A DNA stretch of 63,968 bases, the filler included, from Choristocarpus tenellus KU-1152 (Eukaryota; Protista; Phaeophyceae), in NCBI GenBank assembly GCA_964200185.2. It is 7 parts of 7 records of this genome, joined end to end, with 100 filler letters (N's around TTAATTAATTAA, not from the genome) between each part and the next. Parts side by side here need not be neighbours in the genome. Positions count along the whole stretch, not along the records: positions 59,273 to 63,968 come from CAXNAD020013432.1; 6 more parts are not named here. The stretch is one strand, 5' to 3'. The position numbers were made by a program, and so were the translations under genes. Each line of letters opens with the position of its first letter. Within the stretch, counting starts at the first letter, position 1. Below the pieces are notes generated by a model. That model was not told the origin of the DNA and did no database searches. It worked only from the letters and a program-made list of their open reading frames with translations. Shown in pieces: positions 63,001 to 63,968 of the stretch.

Positions 63001-63500
63001 TACAAAAAGCATGACATATGCCGGAATCGTCAGTCACAGCACCCAGTTGATAACCAGTAACAATGCAGGAATAGAGGAAGGCAAGGCACGCGTGTTGACT
63101 GGGGAATGGGTGGGACATGCATTTGGCGGAAACCGGTCAAAGGGGGGTGAGTTTCATTGTTGCCTTACAATAAAGAGCTGTGCAGCATATTTGATCCTCA
63201 ATAACCCCCCCCCGAACAATAGTAGGGGTACCTTCTAGTACCCACCTATCACCTGTTAGGTACCTCAGTAATTTGTCCTAAGAACTCAAATGGCCTACAC
63301 CCACTTCTTTCCAATTTTGATAGCTTTCGTCCCATTACTACTACTTGATATCACTATGGAGACAGGATGCACATTCGTAGGTTCGATGGAGATAATAACC
63401 ATGTTATTCAGCTCTGCATGCTGGCCTATGCTCTTGTGAGTTGGCGTCCTTGGTCATGTTGCTCTCTCAATTAATACTAGGATGCCATGTAGTACCAACT
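60100..63500 (-). mobile_element. Heavily decayed gypsy-like gag-pol relic
   Basis: Stop-riddled, CpG-poor stretch with weak zinc-knuckle-, RT- and integrase-like fragments in gypsy order; no intact motif. Confidence 0.35.
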
Positions 63501-63968
63501 GCGAACAAATAGCAGCACTTCAATTATTGGAATTTCCCCTGTCAGGATTGAAAAATCCAAAACAAAGGTCCCAATTCCACGACAAGGAGTTTTCCAGCAC
63601 CAGAAATTAATAAATTAATGCTCAGAACTCACGGGAGTTAAATACCGACAAGGAGCAGTATGTCCAAGACACCGACAATTTATTATGACAAAAAAACAAA
63701 CAGAACGTGAGATAAAAGATCTCAACCCCCTAAAGACAAGAAAGGCCATGTTGTGTACCAAGGTACTCCTGACCCCATAAAACCCCCTAAAATGATGGAA
63801 CCTGTACCATCCCTAGTGGTGAGGCTGGGATATATGTACCAGGGGCGTGCTGTGGCACTTGTAAGGCAAAATAGGATCCCACTTACATAATTTCAAAGTA
63901 TCCGGGGGGGGGGGGGGGCGGGCCCACGTTAACACACTCTATTAAACACAAGTACGAACACGAGCTAG

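Overview
Eukaryotic nuclear DNA, intron-rich, transposon-littered and visibly CpG-depleted. It is probably a stramenopile or brown-alga-like genome (inference from gene style only). It is not one continuous locus: seven contigs are joined by artificial 100-nt spacers (44 N + TTAATTAATTAA + 44 N). Genes I could splice by hand: a complete 6-exon RPN11/PSMD14 (309 aa); the HSA-containing 5' half of a SWR1/PIE1-like remodeler, head-to-head with RPN11; part of an ARM-repeat gene; and a complete 7-exon, 349-aa gene with an RGS domain inserted between two EF-hands of an NCS/calcineurin-B-like scaffold. The last is the best candidate for a new system. Second highlight: a decayed AT-rich Rickettsiaceae-like gatB (two fragments in opposite orientation), interrupted by a host copia solo LTR with a near-perfect 5-bp TSD, which argues for real bacterium-to-nucleus transfer. 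The same LTR family carries tRNA-like A/B boxes and a GGTTATGAGCC PBS. Also present: related MITE families with shared termini and mostly 3-bp TSDs, mariner/LINE/gypsy/copia relics, intronic minisatellites, and many short TTAGGG seeds. All homology calls come from motif recognition by eye; no database search was run.
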